Positions 56,478-64,000 of a DNA stretch of 64,000 nucleotides are shown piece after piece. The notes beneath the pieces are model-generated. The model had not been told where the DNA came from and made no database searches. It saw nothing but the letters and a program-made list of their open reading frames with translations. Source of the stretch: Bacillota bacterium (GTDB lineage: Bacteria; Bacillota; Limnochordia; DTU080); assembly GCA_012840225.1 (NCBI GenBank), contig DULU01000066.1, forward strand, positions 45,226 through 109,225, in the 5' to 3' direction. Position numbers and translations under genes: made by a program. Position 1 is the stretch's first letter, and the number at the start of each line of letters is the position of its first letter.

Positions 56478-57488
56478 ATGGAAAAAGTGCGTTGGGGAAT
56501 TCTCGGCACGGCCAGCATCGCCCGCCGGCATGCCATACCGGCGATCAAGCTCGTGCCCTTTGCCGAAGTGGCGGCCATTGCCAGCCGGGACGGCAGCAAA
56601 GCGGCGGCCATGGCTCAGGAATTCGGTATTCCTCGTGCTTTTGCCGGCTACGACGAGCTCTTGGCCAAGGCGGATATCGATGCCGTTTACATACCGCTGC
56701 CAAACGACATGCACCTGACCTGGATAGAAAAGGCGGCAGCGGCAGGCAAGCATGTCCTCTGCGAGAAGCCGCTCGGTCTCAATGCCGAGGAAGTGCGCCG
56801 GGTGATGGAGATAGCCCGGAAAACCGGCCGCTATATCGTGGAAGGGGTCACTTCCTATTTTAACCCCCTGCATCGCCGGGTGGCGGAATTGATCGCCGAG
56901 GGACGGATAGGCGAAGTGCGCTCCATTCATATCAACCTGGGGTGGAGCTTCAGGGACAAGCCCGGCGACTTTCGCTGGCGCAAGGAGCAGGGCGGCGGGG
57001 CTTTGCTGGATATCGGCGGTTATTGCGTGAGCACAGCCAGGCGCCTCGCCGGAGCCGAACCGGGCTGGGTGAGCGCTGCGGCCCTTTTCCATCCCGAACA
57101 TGGGGTGGATACCGACATGGCCATGTTGCTGGCCTTTGTCAACGGGGTCAGGGCGGTCATCGATTTCAGCCTGTTTTCGGCCTATCGCAATGAATATAGC
57201 GTGGTGGGCACCACCGGGCGCATCAAGGTGGAGAATCCCTTCGGCAACGGCGCCGGTACCCGCCGCATCCTGCTCACGGATATCGGTGGGGCGCCGGCAC
57301 TGGAGGAGGAAGTGACTGCTTACCAGATGAAAGAGCAGTTCGCCACGGTGAGCAGATGCTTCCTCCAGGGTGAGGCGCCGTCACCCACCCTGGAAGAAAG
57401 CCTGGCCAATGCTATGGTGCTCGATGCCTGCCTGCAGTCGGCGGCAGCTGACGGCGCTAAAGTGACCCTGACCGGAAAGATGGCGTGA
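56478..57488 (+). CDS. Gfo/Idh/MocA-family oxidoreductase
   Basis: VRWGILGTASIARR…LCEKPLG. ATG 56478; the track starts at TTG 56460. Confidence 0.85.
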   Translation: MEKVRWGILGTASIARRHAIPAIKLVPFAEVAAIASRDGSKAAAMAQEFGIPRAFAGYDELLAKADIDAVYIPLPNDMHLTWIEKAAAAGKHVLCEKPLGLNAEEVRRVMEIARKTGRYIVEGVTSYFNPLHRRVAELIAEGRIGEVRSIHINLGWSFRDKPGDFRWRKEQGGGALLDIGGYCVSTARRLAGAEPGWVSAAALFHPEHGVDTDMAMLLAFVNGVRAVIDFSLFSAYRNEYSVVGTTGRIKVENPFGNGAGTRRILLTDIGGAPALEEEVTAYQMKEQFATVSRCFLQGEAPSPTLEESLANAMVLDACLQSAAADGAKVTLTGKMA

Positions 57489-57523
57489 ACCTGGGGCTTT
57501 GGCCTGGCGCTGGTCTGCAGCGG

Positions 57524-58813
57524 CTAAAGCAGGTTTGACGGAATCAGTTCCAGGTTCCAGAGATCAGGGGTGATCTCGGCGTTGTTGCCGGAGATGGTGA
57601 TGTTCCTCCCGGCGAGAAGGCCGGTGACCTTCACATTGGACCCTGATATAGTAATATCTCTTTTGCTGATGATGGCGGCGCGCACATCGGCGTTGGCTTC
57701 CTGGATGAAGACATTGTTCTCCGCCCAGATGACCAGGCCGTGAGGGGCGCCGCTGCCGCGCCTGGTGATCTTCACATCTCCCTTGACGACGATCACCCCG
57801 CCGCCCTGCAGATAGCCGTCGAGCGTCAGATCGCCGTCCACCGTGATGATACCGTCGAGCGGGGCGCCGGTCTGCAGGGTGAGGTTGCCGCGGAACGACC
57901 TGTTCGCCCATCTCTGCCAGTCGTTCCATTTGATGTCCGGAAGGGACAGCCTGGAGGGCACCCGGCTGGTGTAGTTGCGATTGTTTCCGAACTGGGAGAT
58001 GCTGTCGTAGGCATAGATGCCGCCCGAGATCACGATGTTGTTGCCCAGGACGTCACAGTCGTCGTTGGACCTGATCCGGCCGTATATTTTAAGGTTGTTG
58101 CCGCGCAGCGTTATATCCCCTGTGGAGAAGATGGCATATCCCAAAGCCGGCCATTTGCGCACGGCCCAGGGTTCACTTGGCTCGACGGGAGTGGGAAAGG
58201 GAGTGGGAATCGGCTGGTCGTATTGCGGAGGCGTAGGCACAGGCACCGGGGCGGGTGCCGGTATCGGTTGCGGGGTGGGCACCGGGACCGGGGTAGGTTT
58301 TGGGGTTGGGGAGGTGGCCGGCGGCGTGTGGACGGACACCGAGGGCGTTTCTATGGTGACGTCTATGATGGCCGACACTCCTACCTGCTCCACCCGCCGC
58401 AGGCCCTGGAAAGGATTCTTGCTGTCCAGCGGCACCAAAGCCTTGGCTCTGAGGCCGCCGAAGATATCGGCCTCGATCTGGCCGACGGCCTGGACCTTGT
58501 TGACCAGATGAGCCGGGCCGGTGACCTGGGCGGCGCCTACATAGGCCCCCGTACCCACGCTGATTATCGGCACCACCTTGGTGACGGCCAGCTTCTCCAG
58601 CCCCCTGTTGAAAGTGATGGTGTTGATGAAATCATTGATCTCTTCGTTGCATAAATCGACCACATAGGCGATACCGAAAAGCTTCAGGGCGGAAAAGATG
58701 TCCAGGGCGGCATGTGTGACGGGCACCAGACTGGAGACCATGATCAGGACCGTCACCAGCAAAATGATTCTGTTGGCTGCTCTTTTGTTTAAACTTTTTT
58801 TCACCGTCATCAT
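57524..58813 (-). CDS. Hypothetical membrane-anchored or secreted protein: N-terminal TM, Pro/Thr-rich linker, C-terminal beta-helix-like repeat domain
   Basis: N-terminal anchor RIILLVTVLIMVSSLV. Linker TPKPTPVPVPTPQPIPAPAPVPVPTP. C-terminal repeats (GNNLKIYGRIRSNDDCDVLGNNIVISGGIYAY…DITISGSNVKVTGLLAGRNITISGNNAEI) resemble bactofilin/DUF4097-type beta-helix rungs. The track ORF extends upstream to 59011. Confidence 0.45.
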   Translation of the reverse strand: MMTVKKSLNKRAANRIILLVTVLIMVSSLVPVTHAALDIFSALKLFGIAYVVDLCNEEINDFINTITFNRGLEKLAVTKVVPIISVGTGAYVGAAQVTGPAHLVNKVQAVGQIEADIFGGLRAKALVPLDSKNPFQGLRRVEQVGVSAIIDVTIETPSVSVHTPPATSPTPKPTPVPVPTPQPIPAPAPVPVPTPPQYDQPIPTPFPTPVEPSEPWAVRKWPALGYAIFSTGDITLRGNNLKIYGRIRSNDDCDVLGNNIVISGGIYAYDSISQFGNNRNYTSRVPSRLSLPDIKWNDWQRWANRSFRGNLTLQTGAPLDGIITVDGDLTLDGYLQGGGVIVVKGDVKITRRGSGAPHGLVIWAENNVFIQEANADVRAAIISKRDITISGSNVKVTGLLAGRNITISGNNAEITPDLWNLELIPSNLL

Positions 58814-58824
58814 AAACCTCCAGT

Positions 58825-59382
58825 CTATTGACCGGCACGGCACAAGCCGGCGAGCCATCTGCCCGTGATCTCCAGCACGACCTTTTTGTGGTCCAGATTC
58901 TGGCGGCGGGCAGGTATCAAATCCACCACATCGAAACCGCAGGTGACCAGGATTTTTTCCAGGCTGACCACCGCGCTCGGGGCGCCGCCTCCTCCGCCTC
59001 CGGCCACGCATATCCCCACCGCCTTTTTCCCGGCAAAATTGGCACCGCTGGGACGGGAGACGCGCCGCAGGCGGTCGAGAAAGGCGCGCATGCTTTCGGA
59101 CAGATCACCGAAATAGACCGGGGTGGCGAAGACCACGGCCTCAGCCGCACGGATAGCCGCCGCTATGCCGGCCAGGTCGTCGTGGATGATGCACATCCCC
59201 TCCTGCCGGCAGGTGCCCCAGCCGCTGGCGGTGCATTGCCGACATCGCTGGATATCCTTCTCCGGGAGGAAGAGGCGCTCGACCGCCCCTCCTTCCGCCT
59301 CCACACCTGAAAGGAGAGCGTTCACCGCTTGGGCAGTCTGCCCTTCCGGGTTACGACTGCCGAGAATCGCCAGGACTTTCAT
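58825..59382 (-). CDS. NADPH-dependent FMN reductase / iron-sulfur flavoprotein-like (flavodoxin fold)
   Basis: MKVLAILGSRNPEGQT… flavodoxin-like N-terminus plus Cys cluster RCRQCTASGWGTCRQEGMC. AAGGAG RBS. Upstream of, and co-directional with, the beta-helix protein gene. Confidence 0.6.
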   Translation of the reverse strand: MKVLAILGSRNPEGQTAQAVNALLSGVEAEGGAVERLFLPEKDIQRCRQCTASGWGTCRQEGMCIIHDDLAGIAAAIRAAEAVVFATPVYFGDLSESMRAFLDRLRRVSRPSGANFAGKKAVGICVAGGGGGGAPSAVVSLEKILVTCGFDVVDLIPARRQNLDHKKVVLEITGRWLAGLCRAGQ

Positions 59383-59634
59383 GGCCAAAAGACTCCTTTC
59401 TCCGCAGACAGGCCGGCGGTATAATGGCGAAGCCGGCACCTTATATAATATAAAAATTGGCCTTGGCGATGCTCTATCCTTTAACCTTTTTTCCCTGTAT
59501 TTGCTCAATATGATCTAAAACAGAATCTGGAATTATAGACAAAGGAAAAACCGGGGTACATATGGTAATAAATATGGGCAAGCCGTTTCGGAAGGTCAAA
59601 ATTTTAATTAAAGAAGAAATAAGGAGGTTTTGAC

Positions 59635-60870
59635 ATGGTGCGCAGGTGTGGGCTTGTTTTGGTGTTGGTGTTGTTGGTGTCCGGTTTGATGGCGTCGACG
59701 GCGGCTGCAGAGAAGACCAAAATCACGATGTGGACATTTTCCGGCGGTTCGGGAGCCTACCCTAAGATCCACGAGGGCTTGTTGGAAGAACTATATAAAG
59801 CGATACCCGAAGTGGAACTGGATATTCAATACACGGCGGATCCGGATAAATACCTGGTGGCTTATACAGCCGGTGTGGCTCCGGACATCATCTCCATGCG
59901 CACTTCCAACCAGGCCAAGTTCATCGATGCCGGCATGATGGCGGTTTTGGATCCCAAAGCCTTCGGCTGCAATTCGGTGAAAGAGTTGGAGAGCAAATTG
60001 CTGCCCGGTGCGGTGGAGACCATGAAATACCGCGACGGTCGGATCTACTTCATGGCCACGGAGATCAGCATCTTCGGCCTCTTCTACAACAAAACCCTGA
60101 TGGAGCAGGCCGGAGTGGGGAAAGTGCCGACCACCTGGGAAGAGATGCTCCTGGTGGGCAGCAAGTTCCTTCGCCTGGATGCCGAAGGCAAGGCCACGCA
60201 GACCGGCATCTACATCCCCCGCGGCTGGATCTGGCCCACTTTCACCTTCCCGGCGCTGATGCGCGGCTATAAGGCCGAGCCTCTCACTGCCGACGGCCAG
60301 CCGCAGTTTTCGCAGCCCAATGCCATCAAGGCGGTGGAGATATATCCCGAACTCTTCCGCAAGCTCTCCAATAACACCAATCTGGATTGGAAGCGGGGCA
60401 ACACGGCTTTCAACTGGGGCGCCAATTATATGATCGCCGATTTCAAAAACTCCGGGCTGCTCTTCGATTGGGGGGCGGCGCCGCTGCCCAAGTTCGAGAA
60501 CGGCGTGCCCAGCACCACGAGCTATGCTCTCGGTCACTTCGTGAGCTCGCAATCGAAGAATCCGGAGCTGGCCTGGAGAGTGGTGGCCTTCTATACCGGT
60601 CCGGAGACGGCGGAGCGCTGGTATACCGAGGTGGCCTTATGGCATCCCTGGAGCGGCGCCTGGCTGGAGCGCATCTTCAGGCTGGAACCCATGCACCGGC
60701 CTTTCCTGGAATCTCTGGCCTATGCGCTGCCTGAGCTCAGCCATCCCAGGATCAGCGAGATCAACAGCCTGCTTGGCCAGGCGGAGACCCGCATCTTCAA
60801 TGGCACGCAAAGCGTGGAGATGTCCCTGCAGCAGCTGGACAGCGAGATCCTGGCCATGTTGGCAAAATAA
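59635..60870 (+). CDS. ABC transporter substrate-binding protein, family 1 (carbohydrate type)
   Basis: Signal peptide MVRRCGLVLVLVLLVSGLMASTAAA, then …GVAPDIISMRT… and C-terminal SBP motifs. AAGGAGG RBS 7 nt upstream. Confidence 0.85.
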   Translation: MVRRCGLVLVLVLLVSGLMASTAAAEKTKITMWTFSGGSGAYPKIHEGLLEELYKAIPEVELDIQYTADPDKYLVAYTAGVAPDIISMRTSNQAKFIDAGMMAVLDPKAFGCNSVKELESKLLPGAVETMKYRDGRIYFMATEISIFGLFYNKTLMEQAGVGKVPTTWEEMLLVGSKFLRLDAEGKATQTGIYIPRGWIWPTFTFPALMRGYKAEPLTADGQPQFSQPNAIKAVEIYPELFRKLSNNTNLDWKRGNTAFNWGANYMIADFKNSGLLFDWGAAPLPKFENGVPSTTSYALGHFVSSQSKNPELAWRVVAFYTGPETAERWYTEVALWHPWSGAWLERIFRLEPMHRPFLESLAYALPELSHPRISEINSLLGQAETRIFNGTQSVEMSLQQLDSEILAMLAK

Positions 60871-60887
60871 CATTTGAGGTGTGATAG

Positions 60888-62684
60888 TTGAAATCTAAAG
60901 CAAGATCAAGAGCTAAAGGGAAAAAGCGCCCCGCCGCCAGGCGGGGCCGTTTGTGGTATTGGGGCGTGTTCGGCACGGCGCTGGCTTTGCTCGGGCTGTG
61001 GGCTCTGAGCCGCAAGGCGGAGCAGGTGGCGCCGGCGTTGGATATCGACCTCATGCTGGAGCAGATGACCCTGGCGCAGAAAGCCGGCCAGCTGGTGATG
61101 ACCGGCTTTCCGGGCAATGAACCCGGGACGGAAGCCGAGACTTTGGTGCGGGATTACTGCGTGGGGGGAGTGGTGTTGACCGCCCGCCAGACGCCGGACA
61201 CGGCGCAGACCGCCCGCACCACCGGCCGGTTGCAGGAGTTGGCCGCCGCTTCCGCCTCCTGCGCCGGGGTTCCTCTTTTCATTGCCGCCGATCAGGAAGG
61301 CGGCTATGTGGTCAGGCTGCGCGGCCCCCATCTTTTTCCCGGCAATATGGCTTTGGGGGCCATCGGCTCGGCCGGCCGGGCGCGGGAGGTGGCCCGGGCG
61401 ATCGGGTTGGAATTGAAAGCTGCCGGCATCAACATGAATCTCGCCCCCGTCCTCGATGTCAACAGCAACCCCCAGAATCCGGTGATCGGGGTGCGCTCCT
61501 TCGGTGAGGATGCGGCCGCGGTAGCCGAGTTGGGTGCAGCTTATATCGCCGGCCTGCATGATGCCGGGGTGCTGGCTGTTGCCAAGCATTTTCCGGGCCA
61601 CGGCGATACGGCAGTGGATTCCCACATCTCCCTGCCTTCGGTGCCCCATGCCAGGGAGCGCCTGGACCGGGTGGAACTGGTGCCTTTTCGCCGGGCTATC
61701 GACACCGGGGTGGACGCCGTAATGACCTCCCATGTCACCTTTCCGGCCATTGAACCGATCCCCGGTCTGCCGGCTACCCTTTCGGCTAAGGTGCTCACCG
61801 GGCTCTTGCGGGAGGAGTTGGGTTTTGCGGGCCTGATCATCACCGACGCTCTGGAGATGAAAGCCATTGTGGATAACTTCGGCCTGGCCGAGGCCGCCGT
61901 CAAAGCGGTAGAGGCCGGGGCGGACATAGTGCTGGTGGGCTGGCCGACCGATTGGCGGCAGGCCTGCCGGGCGGTGGAGGCCATTATGGCGGCGGTGAAG
62001 GAAGGAAAAGTGAGCGAAGAGCGACTCAATGCTTCCGTGCGCCGCATTCTCCGCGCCAAGCTGGCGGCGGGGCTCTGGAAGGAAGCCTCCGCCACCACGG
62101 CTGCCGAGTCGGCCGCTCTGGCGGAGACGGTGGCCGGGGAGGCCGTCACGCTGGTGCGGGACAGGGACCGCCGCCTGCCCCTTAACCCTCAGGACACCTC
62201 TTCCGTGTTGGTGATCATGCCCCAGCTGAGCAGCATCACCAGGGTGGAGGAGACCGACCCCGCCTCCGCCGGTTTGGCTGCTTATCTCCGCCGGTATCTT
62301 CCCCGGGCGGAGGTGACGGGAGCTTTCATGTCCCTCAGACCCGGCAAAGAGGAAAGGGAACGGCTGGTGAAGCTCGCCCAAGAGCATGAAGTGGTGGTGG
62401 TCGCCACTTATTATGCCTGGTCCGCTTCCTATATCGGCCAGGCGGAGCTGGTGCTCGAACTTATGCGGGCAGGGCGGGAGCCGGTGGTGACGGCGCTCAG
62501 AGAGCCCTACGATCTGTTGCGCTTTCCGGAGGTAGGAACCTATATAGCCACCTACAGCGCCAACCCTGAGAGCCTCGAAGCTCTGGCGGCCGTTTTGACC
62601 GGCCGCCGAGAAGCGACCGGGCGCTTGCCGGTATCATTGCCCGGTTTATATTCCGCCGGGTATAGGTATGAGGGGGCCCGCTGA
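60888..62684 (+). CDS. Glycoside hydrolase family 3 (NagZ-like beta-N-acetylhexosaminidase) with N-terminal membrane anchor
   Basis: Lys/Arg-rich N-terminus plus TM (YWGVFGTALALLGLWAL). GH3 motifs GQLVMTGF, IAADQEGG, KHFPGHGDT and ITDALEM. TTG start with a GAGGTG RBS 6 nt upstream. Confidence 0.8.
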   Translation: MKSKARSRAKGKKRPAARRGRLWYWGVFGTALALLGLWALSRKAEQVAPALDIDLMLEQMTLAQKAGQLVMTGFPGNEPGTEAETLVRDYCVGGVVLTARQTPDTAQTARTTGRLQELAAASASCAGVPLFIAADQEGGYVVRLRGPHLFPGNMALGAIGSAGRAREVARAIGLELKAAGINMNLAPVLDVNSNPQNPVIGVRSFGEDAAAVAELGAAYIAGLHDAGVLAVAKHFPGHGDTAVDSHISLPSVPHARERLDRVELVPFRRAIDTGVDAVMTSHVTFPAIEPIPGLPATLSAKVLTGLLREELGFAGLIITDALEMKAIVDNFGLAEAAVKAVEAGADIVLVGWPTDWRQACRAVEAIMAAVKEGKVSEERLNASVRRILRAKLAAGLWKEASATTAAESAALAETVAGEAVTLVRDRDRRLPLNPQDTSSVLVIMPQLSSITRVEETDPASAGLAAYLRRYLPRAEVTGAFMSLRPGKEERERLVKLAQEHEVVVVATYYAWSASYIGQAELVLELMRAGREPVVTALREPYDLLRFPEVGTYIATYSANPESLEALAAVLTGRREATGRLPVSLPGLYSAGYRYEGAR

Positions 62685-62692
62685 TCAGGCGT

Positions 62693-63853
62693 TCAGGCTG
62701 CCGGGTGAGGTCGACAGCTCGCCCGGCTTTTATCATCACCGGTGGCGAGGGCGGCCACCACGGCATTGGCCACCAGCGGTCGCAAGCGCATATGGGGCAA
62801 TTCCCGGCGCCACAGATGGCGGTGGGGATGCACGCCGTTGGTCAGCAGCACCAAAAATAAATCCAACTCCGGGTCGATCCAGATCATGGTGCCTGTAAAG
62901 CCGGTATGGCCGAAAGAATGAGGGGAGAACAGATCTCCTGCCGGCAAGTTGGCTTGGTGGTCTTTTATCACCCAGCCTAAGCCGCGGCAATGGTTCAGGC
63001 CGGGGGTGTGATTTCTGGTGGCCAGATGCACCGCCGCCGGAGAGAGCACCACCTTGTTGCCGGAAGTACCTTGGTTTAAGTACATCTGGCAAAAGACGGC
63101 CAGGTCGTGAGCGGTACTGAAGAGCCCGGCATTGCCGGCCACCCCGCCCAGACGGCGGGCGTTTCCGTCATGAACCACTCCTTGCAGGAGCATCCCTGTT
63201 TTCGGGTCCGGTTCGGTCGGGGCGGTGCGCTCTTTAAGCCGCGGCCCGGGGAGAAAGACGGTGTCCTGCATATTCAGCGGCGCAAAGATCCATTCCTCGG
63301 CTAATTCGTTAAGCGGCTTTCGGCCTGTGCGGCTGAGCAATTCTCCCAAAAGGATAAATCCCAGGCAGGTGTACTCCACCCGGCCGCCTGTTTCATAAGC
63401 CAGCGGCATCCGGTAAATGGTCGCCATCATCTCCGCTGGGTCGGCGGCACTATCCAGCTCGGGACTGGAGGACGGTAATCCGGATGTGTGGGTGAGCAGG
63501 TGACGGATGGTTATATTCTTATGGATGAATTCGGGGATAAAAGTGTGTACGGCATCATCCAATCTGAAGGCTCCCTGCTCTAAGAGGATTAAGGCACAGG
63601 TAGTGGTGGCTACCACTTTGGTCAGGGAAGCCAGGTCATAGACGGTGTCGATGGTGAGCGGCCTTTTTTCCGGTTCCAGGGCGGCAAAACCGAAGGCTTG
63701 AGGAGGGATGAGCGCCTGACTGCGGCCTATGGCCACTACGGCGCCGGGGATTCTTTTTTCGGCTACCCACTGTGCCAGGAGGTCATATACTCTGGATATA
63801 GCTTCAGGCCGGAAGCCGGCCTCAATTAAGGCGTCATGGCACGCGGTATCCAA
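62693..63853 (-). CDS. Beta-lactamase-family serine hydrolase (class-C / esterase / D-aminopeptidase-like)
   Basis: SxxK active-site motif DLASLTKVV. Length and fold are those of an AmpC-like enzyme (YxN-type region HDGNARRLGG). Confidence 0.8.
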   Translation of the reverse strand: MDTACHDALIEAGFRPEAISRVYDLLAQWVAEKRIPGAVVAIGRSQALIPPQAFGFAALEPEKRPLTIDTVYDLASLTKVVATTTCALILLEQGAFRLDDAVHTFIPEFIHKNITIRHLLTHTSGLPSSSPELDSAADPAEMMATIYRMPLAYETGGRVEYTCLGFILLGELLSRTGRKPLNELAEEWIFAPLNMQDTVFLPGPRLKERTAPTEPDPKTGMLLQGVVHDGNARRLGGVAGNAGLFSTAHDLAVFCQMYLNQGTSGNKVVLSPAAVHLATRNHTPGLNHCRGLGWVIKDHQANLPAGDLFSPHSFGHTGFTGTMIWIDPELDLFLVLLTNGVHPHRHLWRRELPHMRLRPLVANAVVAALATGDDKSRASCRPHPAA

Positions 63854-63861
63854 ATCGTTTT

Positions 63862-64000
63862 CTACCTTTCCTGATATTGTGTGGAGACGGCCGCGGCCAC
63901 TGCATTGGCCAAGAGCGGCCGCAGGCGGATGTGCTGTGCTTGCTGGCGGCTGGGATGCACGCCGTTGGTGAGCAGCACCAAATATAGGTCCAGCTCCGGA
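63862..64000 (-). CDS. 3' end (C-terminal ~45 aa) of a second, tandem beta-lactamase-family paralog whose start lies beyond the window
   Basis: DNA at 63880-64000 is highly similar to 62750-62880, the C-terminal coding region of the 62693 gene. In-frame translation …LLANAVAAAVSTQYQER ends at a stop at 63862. Confidence 0.5.
   Translation of the reverse strand, partial: PELDLYLVLLTNGVHPSRQQAQHIRLRPLLANAVAAAVSTQYQER

Noticed and set aside
58160-58330. Repetitive GGCACAGGCACCGGGGCGGGTGCCGG-like DNA, considered as a possible CRISPR or tandem repeat
   Set aside because: It lies in-frame inside the 57524-58813 gene and encodes a Pro/Thr/Val linker. There are no regular repeat-spacer units and no cas genes.
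60906-62387. 493-aa ORF antisense to the GH3 gene
   Set aside because: Antisense to a gene with canonical GH3 motifs. Its composition is Gly/Pro/Arg-rich and spurious.

Overview
This is a high-GC (roughly 60%) bacterial chromosomal segment. It is densely coded and most genes carry strong AGGAGG-type Shine-Dalgarno sites, which points to a Firmicutes-like lineage. A DUF134/DUF5320 gene pair and a class-I LysRS fit that placement, but the taxonomic call is tentative. I found no rRNA, tRNA, CRISPR array, transposase or integrase. There are about 50 protein genes, and most are carbohydrate-utilisation functions:
- five intact family-1 ABC solute-binding proteins, none with an adjacent permease or ATPase gene, plus two SBP pseudogene remnants
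- eight Gfo/Idh/MocA oxidoreductases
- two LacI-family regulators and one ROK regulator
- a PL6-like beta-helix polysaccharide lyase, a DUF1593 protein and a GH3 hexosaminidase-like protein
- a heterodimeric ABC exporter co-transcribed with a CDF metal transporter whose long leader looks like a riboswitch with an attenuator
- the pntAA-pntAB-pntB transhydrogenase operon

The most interesting region is 36.2-51.9 kb. It runs LacI, then an M14-like zinc hydrolase, two DUF3604 (PHP-like) proteins flanking an enolase-superfamily enzyme, a GFO oxidoreductase and a class-III aminotransferase. After a terminator come a PfkB sugar kinase, a RuBisCO-like protein (form IV RLP) with an intact K-x25-KDDE active-site signature, and a class-I (archaeal-type) lysyl-tRNA synthetase. 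I read this as a candidate undescribed kinase-plus-RLP catabolic pathway.

Every call below comes from reading the translated ORFs and the DNA by eye. I ran no database searches.
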